Below, piece after piece: positions 30,460 to 39,466 of a stretch of 64,000 nt of DNA; the stretch's first letter is position 1, and each line of letters starts with the position of its first letter. The stretch is taken from positions 1,248,001 through 1,312,000 of the forward strand of contig OZ255721.1 of the NCBI GenBank assembly GCA_965277285.1. The letters run 5' to 3'. Made by a program: the position numbers and the translations under genes. Source of the DNA: Abditibacteriaceae bacterium. GTDB lineage: Bacteria > Armatimonadota > Abditibacteriia > Abditibacteriales > Abditibacteriaceae. The notes beneath the pieces are model-generated. The model was not told the DNA's origin, made no database searches, and was given only the letters and a program-made list of their open reading frames with translations.

Positions 30460-30897
30460 TCAACGTTCTTTGCTCATCAAAATCGAGGTTTCGCCGTCCT
30501 CGTAATAATTGCGGCGCCGTCCGACCGCTTGAAAACCCAGCCGCTGATATAAACGTTGCGCTGAAAAGTTGCTTTCGCGCACTTCCAGATAAATTTTCTG
30601 CGCGCCGAGACGGGCGCATTCTTCTAAAAGCGCGCGAAAAATCGTCTCGCCCAAACCCTGACCGCGCATCGCTTCATCGACCGCCAGCGTGCCGATTTCG
30701 CCTTCGTCGCCGACTGTGTAAGCGACAGCAAAAGCGCACAACATTTCATTATTCAGCGCGACCAAAACGACGTATTTCGGGTCGTGCAGCGCGTCGTGCC
30801 ACGTTTGCGCTTGCCAGGGTTGCGAAAACGACGCCGCATCCAAAGCCACTAAAGCGTGCCAATCTTCAAATCGCGCCGCGCGCAGTTCAAAATCCAT
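30460..30897 (-). CDS. rimI: Ribosomal protein S18 alanine N-acetyltransferase
   Basis: LAV....RGQGLG, LEVRESN..A..LY..LGF...G.R.NYY; tsa operon context. Confidence 0.92.
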   Translation of the reverse strand: MDFELRAARFEDWHALVALDAASFSQPWQAQTWHDALHDPKYVVLVALNNEMLCAFAVAYTVGDEGEIGTLAVDEAMRGQGLGETIFRALLEECARLGAQKIYLEVRESNFSAQRLYQRLGFQAVGRRRNYYEDGETSILMSKER

Positions 30898-31016
30898 TGT
30901 CGAGTACTCGAAGCCAACGTATTTGCTGTAGGCGATTTCAAACGTTCAAAACGTAAAGGCTCCCAACGCAAACAATGGAGCACTTTAGACGATTTTGTAA
31001 GAGTTTGTCATTCTGA

Positions 31017-31873
31017 GAGGGTGTATAGGAAAGGGTTAGACTTACATTTATGAAACGCCAGAGCTATCCCAGTGATTTGAGCGAGGCACAATGGCAAGTG
31101 CTGCGCCCTTTGATCGAGCCACAGCGTGCGCGCGGTACGCGCAGGCTTTACGCCCAACGCGAGATCGTCAACGCTTTGTTGTATCAGTTGACCAACGGCT
31201 GCTCGTGGCGTGCTTTGCCTCACGATTTTCCGCCTTACACTGTGGTTTGGTATCACTTCCGGCGCTGGCGTGACAACGGCACTCTCGAAGGTATCCACAG
31301 TTCGTTGCGTTCTCAAGTGCGCCAGGCCGATGGACGGGATGAGGCGCCCAGCGCAGCGATTCTGGACAGCCAGAGCGTCAAAACCACAGAAAAAGGGGGC
31401 CAAAAGGCTTTGATGCAGCCAAGAAAATAAAAGGGCGCAAGCGTCATATTCTAGTGGATACCAACGGCTTGTTGTTGCAAGTGTGTGTTCATGCTGCCAA
31501 CGTTCAAGAGCGTGACGGAGCCAAATTACTTTTGCAAGACAAAGCCCTGTGGCGCTTTCCTTCACAACGTTTGCAGTTGATTTGGGCGGATGCAGGCTAC
31601 TGGGGACACAAGTTCGCGGCTTGGGTGCGAGAAAACTGTGGCGTTGCGCTCCGAGTGATAAGCCGCAATGCCCTGGTGAACCGTCAATATGAAAACAAAG
31701 GCTACGTGCCGTTGCCGCGTCGCTGGGTTGTCGAAAGAACTTTTGCATGGTTGGGAAGATGTCGAAGGCTTTCAAAAGACTATGAGCAAAATGTCAAATC
31801 AAGTGAAACCTGGATTTATCTCGCCATGATCCGGCTTATGCTCCGAAGGCTTGCGTGATTCCTATACACCCTC
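31017..31873 (+). mobile_element. IS5-family insertion sequence (857 bp, IS1031/IS427-like)
   Basis: Perfect 15-bp TIRs GAGGGTGTATAGGAA / TTCCTATACACCCTC; 3-bp TGA duplication at 31014-31016 and 31874-31876. Confidence 0.95.
31050..31858 (+). CDS. IS5 transposase in two frames, joined by a -1 shift at A5G5 (31390-31399)
   Basis: ORF1 [10 protein letters not shown]...[13 protein letters not shown]...IL-D-SQSVKT; -1 frame [19 protein letters not shown]...WADAGY...[10 protein letters not shown]. Confidence 0.9.
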
Positions 31874-32065
31874 TGAGCGCAGCGAAGAATCTGGCGTAAT
31901 GTTAGATTCGGGTGCCCTGCGGGCAGGCTCAGAATGACAAACTGATATTGTGGAGCTTTTTTCACGACTTTCTTACAATCTCTCAGAACGGCAGCTTCTT
32001 ACTTTCTGAACATCTGAAAGCACTGGCAACGGATTTTCACAACTTTCTCTAATCTCCATTCGCCT

Positions 32066-32833
32066 TCAGCGTGTTTTAGCGGCGAGGTTTCGTTCGGCAG
32101 CCGACAGCGCGACGTAAAGCGGTTGCAGTGTCAAAGGATCGTCGCTGTCGCCGCGCGATAAACGTTGCGCTGCCAACAAGCCAATATGCAACGCGGCGTC
32201 CTCGACATCGACGAAAATCGGCAATAATTGCGGGGAAGTCGAATGTCCCCACGATTTCACCGTTTCGCGCGACGCTTCGCCTGTCACGACGACCAACTTT
32301 TCCGTGTCGATTTCTTCGCGCAAGGCTTCGCTCGATCCAACGCGTTCGCCCTGCTCGACCGTCCAATTTTCTGCGCAGGCGCGAAAAGTTTTGCTGTAAA
32401 TTTCACCGGCGCGCGACGGCGCAACGACAGCGATCAAAGCGTCTTCGGTTCGAGTACTCGAAAGCGCGTGCGCCGCTTCGCTTTGACATTGTTCCCACGC
32501 GGCACGCGCGATGCCATCGAAGGACGGCATGCCGATAAGTTTCCAATCGCGCGCTTGCGCCAGAGTTTTGCAGGTCGCCAGAACGACGCGCAAACTTGTC
32601 CACGAACCCGGCCCCAAACCGACGGCCAGCGCTGCGACATCGCTCATTGTCCAGCCCGCGTTTTCCAACAATTGGGCCAGGCGCCACGCCAACTCGCGCG
32701 ATAAGGCGCGCACATCGTCCGAACTCCAGACGGCGCGCACTTTCAAATCTGCAACTGCGTCGCTCGCGCCCGAAATCTCGAACGCCGCCAAAGCGACGCG
32801 TGCGCCACTTGCTTCCACCACTAAAATGTTCAT
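32066..32833 (-). CDS. tsaB: t6A biosynthesis protein TsaB
   Basis: AVGLGPGSWTSLR, R.GEIY, L.PLYV; operon context. Confidence 0.88.
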   Translation of the reverse strand: MNILVVEASGARVALAAFEISGASDAVADLKVRAVWSSDDVRALSRELAWRLAQLLENAGWTMSDVAALAVGLGPGSWTSLRVVLATCKTLAQARDWKLIGMPSFDGIARAAWEQCQSEAAHALSSTRTEDALIAVVAPSRAGEIYSKTFRACAENWTVEQGERVGSSEALREEIDTEKLVVVTGEASRETVKSWGHSTSPQLLPIFVDVEDAALHIGLLAAQRLSRGDSDDPLTLQPLYVALSAAERNLAAKTR

Positions 32834-32930
32834 TGGAAATAATAAATTTAGTAAAGGTTTGCCGCTCACCACGTTGAAACGTCGCGCGAACAGGAAAAAT
32901 TCTCTGCGCTGCACATTAAAGATTCGCTGT

Positions 32931-33458
32931 TTACCGTGTTAAACCTTCACCAAGGTTTAGTTTTGCCGCGCCGTTTTGTTTGCTGTCTTGAGAAAAGTTC
33001 TCGCACACATCGAGTACTCGATGTTCTTCGTTTGCGTCATTTTTGCCACGTCGCAGCGAGATTTCAAAGCGCGGACATGGCAAGAATTCTTCGATGCGCG
33101 ATGGCCATTCGATGATTTTGATGGCTTGGTCGCGCTCTAAAAAATCAAAAATGCCCGCATCGCTGAGCGCGTGTTCATCCAAGTTTTCCAGGCGATACGC
33201 ATCGAGATGCAGCAACGTTTGGTGTTCGCCTTGGTGTTCAACAATCAAGACGAAAGTGGGCGATACGACTTCGCTTTGGACGCCCAATCCGCGCGCTAAA
33301 CCTTGCACCAGCGTGGTTTTTCCGGCGCCCAGTTCGCCATGCAGAAAAATCAAATCGCCCTTTTTCAAACGTCGCCCCAAAGTTTCGCCCAGGCGACGCG
33401 TTTCGTCCGCGCTGTGCGACAAGAAGGTTTCGGTTTGAACGACGCTTGCTTTGGTCAT
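32931..33458 (-). CDS. tsaE: t6A biosynthesis ATPase TsaE
   Basis: GELGAGKTT, V.SPTF, H.DAYRL, IEWP. Confidence 0.95.
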   Translation of the reverse strand: MTKASVVQTETFLSHSADETRRLGETLGRRLKKGDLIFLHGELGAGKTTLVQGLARGLGVQSEVVSPTFVLIVEHQGEHQTLLHLDAYRLENLDEHALSDAGIFDFLERDQAIKIIEWPSRIEEFLPCPRFEISLRRGKNDANEEHRVLDVCENFSQDSKQNGAAKLNLGEGLTR

Positions 33459-33849
33459 TGGCGAAATTTCCTTATTTCCGTTGGCTTTTTAAGTTCCTCA
33501 AGTTGCAGCGAGTTTGTGGAACAACTTTGGTGTCGCGTCGATGAACGTCGAAAAGAAAAAGTCATCGCCGGTTCGTCGCATTGCGTCGTGTTGCATTTTG
33601 CGTTGCGCGGCTCCAGTTTGACAGTTTCTTGCGGCGTGCTTTATAATGAGGCCAATGTTCGGGAAGTTGTTGTTTGTCGAGTGACGTTACTCTGCAAAAC
33701 GGTTTCACGCCAGAGCGCAACTTTTTCGCATGAATTGGTGCGTCAACAACAACGATTTCGTTCGGTTTCAAAACGTCGCCGCGCGCCTTTGCAACTCAAG
33801 CCGTCATCAACGCCAGCACATTAACGCTATCACTTTCGGAGGCCGCACC

Positions 33850-35019
33850 ATGTTTCGTCCGCTCGGCACCAATTTCCTCGTTTCGTCCGCCCCGTTTTCC
33901 CGTTCCAGTACTCGATTTGCACTTTGCGCCCTCAGCGGCGCGTTGCTGACGACCATCGCTTTGTCGGCTCCGGCGCACGCCGACACGAACCTGACCGATG
34001 GCAGCGCTAAAACCGCATTGCCTGGCGGCGTCATCGTCGCCAAAGGTTTGCGCACAGCAGTCGTTTCAGCCACCGTCAGCGAAGGCGACGCGATTAACGC
34101 GCAACGCGCTCTCGTCGCGGCGAACACGGCGATTGCACGCACACGAGATTTTTTTCCGGTTCCAACGGCTGATGTCGCATCTGCACTTCAATCGCTGACG
34201 ACGCGCGGCGGCACCGATTTGCGATTGCCGGATGAGCGCCGCAAACTCACCAACCCAAACACGCCTTATGGTGAACCCGAACCGCTGAGCGATATTCGCA
34301 GCCCTTTGGACGCGCAGGATTTTCGTGCGTTGGGCAAAAGGCTGAAAGCGGATCGCATGATGACGGTTTATGTCACGCCAGGCGACAGCAGCGCCACCAG
34401 CGCGACTTATGGCGCCGTTGTCGAACTTTATGATACAAAAAACGGTGTTCTGGTTGGGCGCGGCGAAGGCACTTTTACCTCAATCCTCGACACGACTGCC
34501 GCGCCCGCCACATCTTCGAGCGCATCAACTGCGCCGACCAACGATGCTGGCGATGTCGTTGTTAACGGCACTGCGCGCCCCGTTTCGAGCACAACACTGG
34601 ATTTGCCGGTGCGCGCTCTGGGAGGTGCCGTATTCCGCGCCGTTCAGGAACTCAATCGCCCTATCGAATTGCGTGGAATTGTCCTCGATATGCCAGGGCC
34701 GTATCAGGCGCGTATTTCGCTTTCCGAATATAAAGGTTTGCGCAATGGCGCTCGCGTCGAATTTTTGGATGGCGACACCGTGGTCGCTTACGGCACGACT
34801 TTCAGCGTCGGAACCGGCGAGGCGCTGGTTTCTGTCGCGCCGGAAAACGCGTTTTCTTCGATCTACGTCAACATGCGCGTGCGCAACGTCAACAATCCGA
34901 CGATTGTGCGCGCCGGAAAAACCGACCGTCAACTCGACGACCAAGAATTTCGCCGCTTTGAAACGCAGTTCGCCGTCGATCTGGTCGCCGCTGGCCTGAT
35001 TACTCTGGCCGCTCGGTAG
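33850..35019 (+). CDS. Hypothetical exported protein
   Basis: GGAGG RBS before MFRPLG; signal peptide ending AHA. Confidence 0.7.
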   Translation: MFRPLGTNFLVSSAPFSRSSTRFALCALSGALLTTIALSAPAHADTNLTDGSAKTALPGGVIVAKGLRTAVVSATVSEGDAINAQRALVAANTAIARTRDFFPVPTADVASALQSLTTRGGTDLRLPDERRKLTNPNTPYGEPEPLSDIRSPLDAQDFRALGKRLKADRMMTVYVTPGDSSATSATYGAVVELYDTKNGVLVGRGEGTFTSILDTTAAPATSSSASTAPTNDAGDVVVNGTARPVSSTTLDLPVRALGGAVFRAVQELNRPIELRGIVLDMPGPYQARISLSEYKGLRNGARVEFLDGDTVVAYGTTFSVGTGEALVSVAPENAFSSIYVNMRVRNVNNPTIVRAGKTDRQLDDQEFRRFETQFAVDLVAAGLITLAAR

Positions 35020-35184
35020 CCGCTCGGGAAACGTTTCCTCAATATCGAGTACTCGAATCGCAGGCCGCGCTTGTTCATTGCGTGGCCTGCGATTTTTGTT
35101 TTGTGTTTTTAAAGGCAACGCGTGTTTTTCTCTGAAAGCGTTTAAGAACCTGCTTTTAGTTGTATTTAACCCAATAGTTGTATT

Positions 35185-35365
35185 TAACCCAAGTTGCCAC
35201 CTAACTATTGCCTGCGAGTGAACTCGCGGCTCAACCGCCTGCGGCGGCAGCGGCGGCCTGCGCCGACGCCAGAATGCTTCCCATGTTGCGTCGGCGCAGG
35301 CCGATCCGCCCAAAGGGCACCCGAGCCGCGAGTTCACTCGCAGGGCATGGTAGCAACTTGGGTTA
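35185..35365. mobile_element. MITE-like repeat family A
   Basis: Same TIRs and internal sequence as 2012-2210; 18-bp tandem duplication TAGTTGTATTTAACCCAA (35157-35192) overlaps its left end. Confidence 0.8.
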
Positions 35366-35410
35366 GTTATGAGATGGCTTTCAACGTTGGTTCGTCAAAA
35401 TGGCGTCAAC

Positions 35411-36535
35411 TTAGAAATGCGTCCACGCGCGCGGCGCGGTTATTTCGTGGCCTGTTTTATCCAGTAAGACGACGCGGTTTTCGCTCGCTCCCCTTTGATT
35501 CTTGGCGCTTTCGATGCAGCGCCCAATGATTGTCGCGCGCGTGCCGGTTTGTCTTGCGATATTGAGCGCCGTTTCCACCGCGACTTCAGGCGCCACGCAC
35601 AACAATAATTCGTAATCTTCGCCGCCGCTCAACGCCCAATGCAGCGCTTTATCGAGTACTCGATTCGCGTTTCCAATTGCACTTTCAGCAGCGTTTCCCG
35701 TCGCACTTTCAGCCGCCAATTGAGCGGTTCCGCGGCACGCGTAGGAAATTGGCAGCTTGTTCGTTTTGATTTGCAGCGAAACACCCGAAGTGCGCGCGAT
35801 GTGCGCTGCATCACCGGCCAAACCATCAGATAAATCGAGCGCGGCGCGCACGCCACCGAGCGAAAGCGCGGCTTGCATTTCATCAAGGCGCGCCGTTGGA
35901 TCGAGATGACGCTGCAACAACCACTCGCGCGTCGCGGCAGTTACATTGGACGCAGGATTTTGCAGCAACCACAATCCCGCCGCCGCATCGCCCAAACTGC
36001 CCGTCACAATCAGAACGTCGCCAATGCGCGCCCCACTGCGTAAAATCGGCGTGGCCGAAGTTTCTGATACGCCTTCGCTAACGCTCGCAATTGCACTTTC
36101 ACTTGCGCCTTCGCCAACCAGCGTGATGTTGATGAACAAGGGGCCGGGAGAACGCGACGTATCGCCGCCCGCGATGGTGAAGCCAAAGCGCGCCGCGATT
36201 TCTTCCAGGCCGCCGTAAAATTCATCCCAGAAATCGAGGCCGAGATGAGCGGGAATCGCCAGCGAAACAAAGGCCGCAACAGGCTGCGCGCCCATCGCTG
36301 CCAGGTCGGAAACATTGACGGACAAAGCCTTGCGACCTAATTGGCGCGGCGAACTCCAATCGAATCGGAAATGAATGTTTTCGACCAGGCAATCGCACGT
36401 CACGACGGGCGCGCGCAAAGTTTCCAGGACAGACGCATCATCGCCGATGCCAACGACAACACCGCCGCGAACGCTTAGCGCACGATTCTGGCGCGCGATC
36501 CAGCCAAATTCGCCCAACGCTTGCAAATCGCTCAT
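35411..36535 (-). CDS. thiL: Thiamine-monophosphate kinase
   Basis: GEF..I, GIGDDA, VNVSDLAAMGA.P, GGDT, DLSDGL, GGEDYELL, WTHF. Confidence 0.95.
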   Translation of the reverse strand: MSDLQALGEFGWIARQNRALSVRGGVVVGIGDDASVLETLRAPVVTCDCLVENIHFRFDWSSPRQLGRKALSVNVSDLAAMGAQPVAAFVSLAIPAHLGLDFWDEFYGGLEEIAARFGFTIAGGDTSRSPGPLFINITLVGEGASESAIASVSEGVSETSATPILRSGARIGDVLIVTGSLGDAAAGLWLLQNPASNVTAATREWLLQRHLDPTARLDEMQAALSLGGVRAALDLSDGLAGDAAHIARTSGVSLQIKTNKLPISYACRGTAQLAAESATGNAAESAIGNANRVLDKALHWALSGGEDYELLLCVAPEVAVETALNIARQTGTRATIIGRCIESAKNQRGASENRVVLLDKTGHEITAPRAWTHF

Positions 36536-36637
36536 AAGAAAACTGTTGCTTGCCAGGGAATTGCGGCCAGCGCAAATCAAATACGCCCATCGAGTACTCG
36601 GTACGCGATCAGAGGGCAGCCGCGTTCGTTAATTCTT

Positions 36638-36781
36638 CTAAGCCGACAATTCGCCCGCAAAAGCGCGCGCCTGCAAACTGGCAAACCACGCATCCAATTC
36701 CAATAATGAGGCCCGCGCTCGACTTTGAATCGCTTCGCTTGAATTGCAGCGCATCACTCTTCTTCAATTAGCGAACTCGTC
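36638..36781 (-). pseudogene. Remnant of a type I R-M specificity subunit (HsdS) C-terminus
   Basis: Hand translation DEFAN*RRVMRCNSSEAIQSRARASLLELDAWFASLQARAFAGELSA*, matching the HsdS terminal pattern EFA...LD.LF.SLQ.RAF.GEL. Confidence 0.6.
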
Positions 36782-36783
36782 GT

Positions 36784-37515
36784 TTATTCCGCGGGTTCGT
36801 CAACAGCACTTTCGTTGATGCGCGCCACGAGTTCGCGCGTTGCAGTGAGCATTTGTGCTTCGTCGCGCGCGTTGCTGAGCGCCGAAACGACGCACACCAT
36901 TTGAGCACCGGCGCGCAAACATTCGGCGATGTTGCTCAAACCAACCCCGCCAATGGCAGCGACCGGCAAAGTTGTGGCACGCGCGATTTCGCGCAGACCT
37001 TGCAGCCCGATCGGTTCGCCCGCATCGCTTTTGGTTTTTGTGGCGAACACGGCGCCCGCGCCAATCGTGTCCGCGCCATTGGCAGCGGCGCGGCGCGCTT
37101 CTTCCGCGCTACCGCACGACGCGCCGATAATTCCGTGCGGCATCAAGTGACGCACCTGAGAAATTGGCCAATCGTCCGGCCCTAAATGCACGCCATCCGC
37201 GCCCGCAGCCAACGCCAATTCCACGCGGTCGTTGATCAAAAATAAAGCGCCACAGCTTTGCGCCATGACAACAATTTCGCGCGCTACTGGCAATAATTGC
37301 GCGTCCGACGCCGTTTTGTCGCGCAGTTGTAGCACGCGCGCGCCGCCCTGCAACACGGCGCGCGCCATCGCCAGATGTCCGCCCGGCGCACTCGCATCCG
37401 TCACCACATAAAGGCCGCGCAAACGTTTATGGACGAGTTCACGTTTGCTTTCAACGGCATCAACGGTGGCTTCTTCTTCTACAAAATCGGCTACGAAATC
37501 GACATTGGGCTTCAT
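36784..37515 (-). CDS. thiE: Thiamine-phosphate synthase (start uncertain)
   Basis: LYVVTD, LQLRDK, INDRV, GVHLG.DD, F.T.TK, AIGG. Confidence 0.93.
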   Translation of the reverse strand: MKPNVDFVADFVEEEATVDAVESKRELVHKRLRGLYVVTDASAPGGHLAMARAVLQGGARVLQLRDKTASDAQLLPVAREIVVMAQSCGALFLINDRVELALAAGADGVHLGPDDWPISQVRHLMPHGIIGASCGSAEEARRAAANGADTIGAGAVFATKTKSDAGEPIGLQGLREIARATTLPVAAIGGVGLSNIAECLRAGAQMVCVVSALSNARDEAQMLTATRELVARINESAVDEPAE

Positions 37516-37840
37516 GCCTTGCAGTATGACATCTACAAGTGAAAAGGCGTCTGGCAACTTTGGAGCAGGACAGTGTTTGCTCATTCATTGATATCAATTT
37601 GACACCAAGTTTCGAGCGACGTATATCGAGTACTCGATAAGCGCAAATTGTGGAATACCAAAGCGTCACACGATGAAGAGCGGCGTAACAATGCCGAAAT
37701 TTAGAAACGTTGCGCCGTTGCCTGTCCGTTCGGGAACGTGGTAAAGTTGCACTGCTTTAGTCGCCCAAACCATTTGCGCCACGGAACTTCGCGTCGTATC
37801 TTCGATTGTTTTTGTTCATTTTTCGTTTTTTGTTCGCGTT

Positions 37841-39070
37841 ATGGAACATTCACTGATTCGCATTCTTCCGGTTGGCCTGAGCGAGCCGTTGCCCGACGAT
37901 TGGGACGCGAGCCAACCTGGGTTTTTGATGGAAGTCGTGTCCAACGTCGAAGACCCTGCGACATTGGGCGCGATTGTGGCCGACATTGAGCCGGACGTGA
38001 TCGTGATCGATGCCGATTCTCCCAAGGGCGATGCCTTTGAGTGGACGCGCGCCGCTCTCGCCGTGCAGCCTGGTCTGGCGATTATTTTATTATCGCGCGA
38101 TGCTTCGCCCGAAGCGGAACGCCGCGCCATGCTCGCGGGCGCTGAAGAAATCTTGAGCAAACAGCTTGATGGCGCGCGCATCAACGCGGCTATCATCGAA
38201 GTCGCGTCGCATCGCACCTTGCGACAAGTTCAACTGACGCCCGTCACCGATAATGCCGCGCTACCAAATTCGACCAGCGCCGCCAACATGAACGGTCGCA
38301 TTATCGGCGTGGCGGCGGGAAAAGGCGGCCTGGGGAAAACGACAATCGCCGCGAACCTGGCGTTGCTGGCGGCTAAAGCGCAAAAAAGCGCTGCCCTGGT
38401 CGGTTTAGATACGGGCGATGCCGCGATTTTGTTGAATCTGCAGCCGCGTTTGGGTTTGATCGACTTGGCGGCTGGTTCAACCGAAAACAACTCGTATAAC
38501 GGCGAATGGATCAAGCAATTTGCGACGCGCCATAAAAGCGGCTTACAATATTGGACTTGGAGCGGTATGGGGACGCAGGCCACGAGCGCGCTGCCGGAAA
38601 ACTTTTTCGAGCTGATGTTCGCCGCACTGCGCGACGCTTTTGCCATTACGGTAATTGATTTTCCGACGCTGTCGCCCGAAGAAGCCGCTTCAGTTTTGCC
38701 TTTGCTCGATGCGATTATTGTCGTATCGTCGACCAGCGATTTATTGGCAGTGCGCTCAACCAAAACGTTTTTGGATGTCGTCGATGCAAGCGCGCCAGCG
38801 AATACTTATGTCGTCATCAATCGCGCCGATGCGGGCGACATGATTACTCGTGAAGATTTCGAATTGACACTGGGGCGCAAAGTGACGGGCGTCATCACCA
38901 ATCAACCCTCATTAACCGCCGAAGCGATCAACATGGGAGCACCCGTGGTGTTAATGCAGCCGCAAAGCCACATCGCCGCCGATTTGCGTGAACTCGCGCA
39001 CACCGTGCTGGGAGTCAGTGTTCAAAGCGTGGCCGAACCAAAGAAAAAACTGTTCGGACTTTTCGGCTGA
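37841..39070 (+). CDS. cpaE: CpaE/TadZ-like pilus assembly protein (receiver-like plus MinD/ParA ATPase)
   Basis: N-terminal receiver-like region (RRAMLAGA), GKGGLGKTTIAANLA, VINR, AINMG.P, KKKLFGLFG tail; tad context. Confidence 0.85.
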   Translation: MEHSLIRILPVGLSEPLPDDWDASQPGFLMEVVSNVEDPATLGAIVADIEPDVIVIDADSPKGDAFEWTRAALAVQPGLAIILLSRDASPEAERRAMLAGAEEILSKQLDGARINAAIIEVASHRTLRQVQLTPVTDNAALPNSTSAANMNGRIIGVAAGKGGLGKTTIAANLALLAAKAQKSAALVGLDTGDAAILLNLQPRLGLIDLAAGSTENNSYNGEWIKQFATRHKSGLQYWTWSGMGTQATSALPENFFELMFAALRDAFAITVIDFPTLSPEEAASVLPLLDAIIVVSSTSDLLAVRSTKTFLDVVDASAPANTYVVINRADAGDMITREDFELTLGRKVTGVITNQPSLTAEAINMGAPVVLMQPQSHIAADLRELAHTVLGVSVQSVAEPKKKLFGLFG

Positions 39071-39180
39071 AACTTTTCGGTCAAAGTCGTTTGTAATGAA
39101 TTCGAGTACTGGAAAGTGCCGGTTTTTAGCATTTCCCGATGGCTCGCCTTCGCAGCATTTCTTTTGTTTAACGTGCGTAT

Positions 39181-39210
39181 TTGACAAAAGAGAATATTAT
39201 CGGTCACAAT
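39181..39210 (+). promoter_or_regulatory. Putative sigma70 promoter for the secretin operon
   Basis: TTGACA-N18-CACAAT. Confidence 0.4.
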
Positions 39211-39466
39211 GGCATCGTCGTTCATGCCGGTTGTGCAAAACGCCAGAAAGGAAAGGCCGATGGTCTGCAAATTTTATGCGCAAAGCGGCCTTTTCTGATG
39301 AAAGCGTTTGTCAAACGTGGAATAAAATCGCAGTAAGTGCAATGAAGAAGGTGCGACGAACGTGCAGAAACAGTCGGCGCTACACAATCAATGCAACGCA
39401 GTCAATACAATGCCGTATCAGGCCCGTTGTTAAAGCCAGCCTCTTTTCATCTCAAGGAGAAACCCG

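Larger units (their letters stand above)
31002..31943. repeat. Palindromic repeat family B, interrupted by the IS
   Basis: Removing the IS and one TGA restores AGTTTGTCATTCTGAGCGCAGCGAAGAATCT...CTCAGAATGACAAACT. Confidence 0.8.

Noticed and set aside
31381..31454. Transposase as a frameshifted pseudogene
   Set aside because: The break is at A5G5 in the -1 frame, a split common in IS5 subgroups, and the TIRs and target duplication are perfect
31008..31775. 255-aa minus-strand ORF inside the IS
   Set aside because: Antisense to the transposase
37516..37840. TPP riboswitch upstream of thiE
   Set aside because: No CUGAGA core seen on the minus strand
39230..39310. c-di-GMP riboswitch before the secretin
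   Set aside because: A hairpin and GCAAA words are present but the GEMM architecture does not fit
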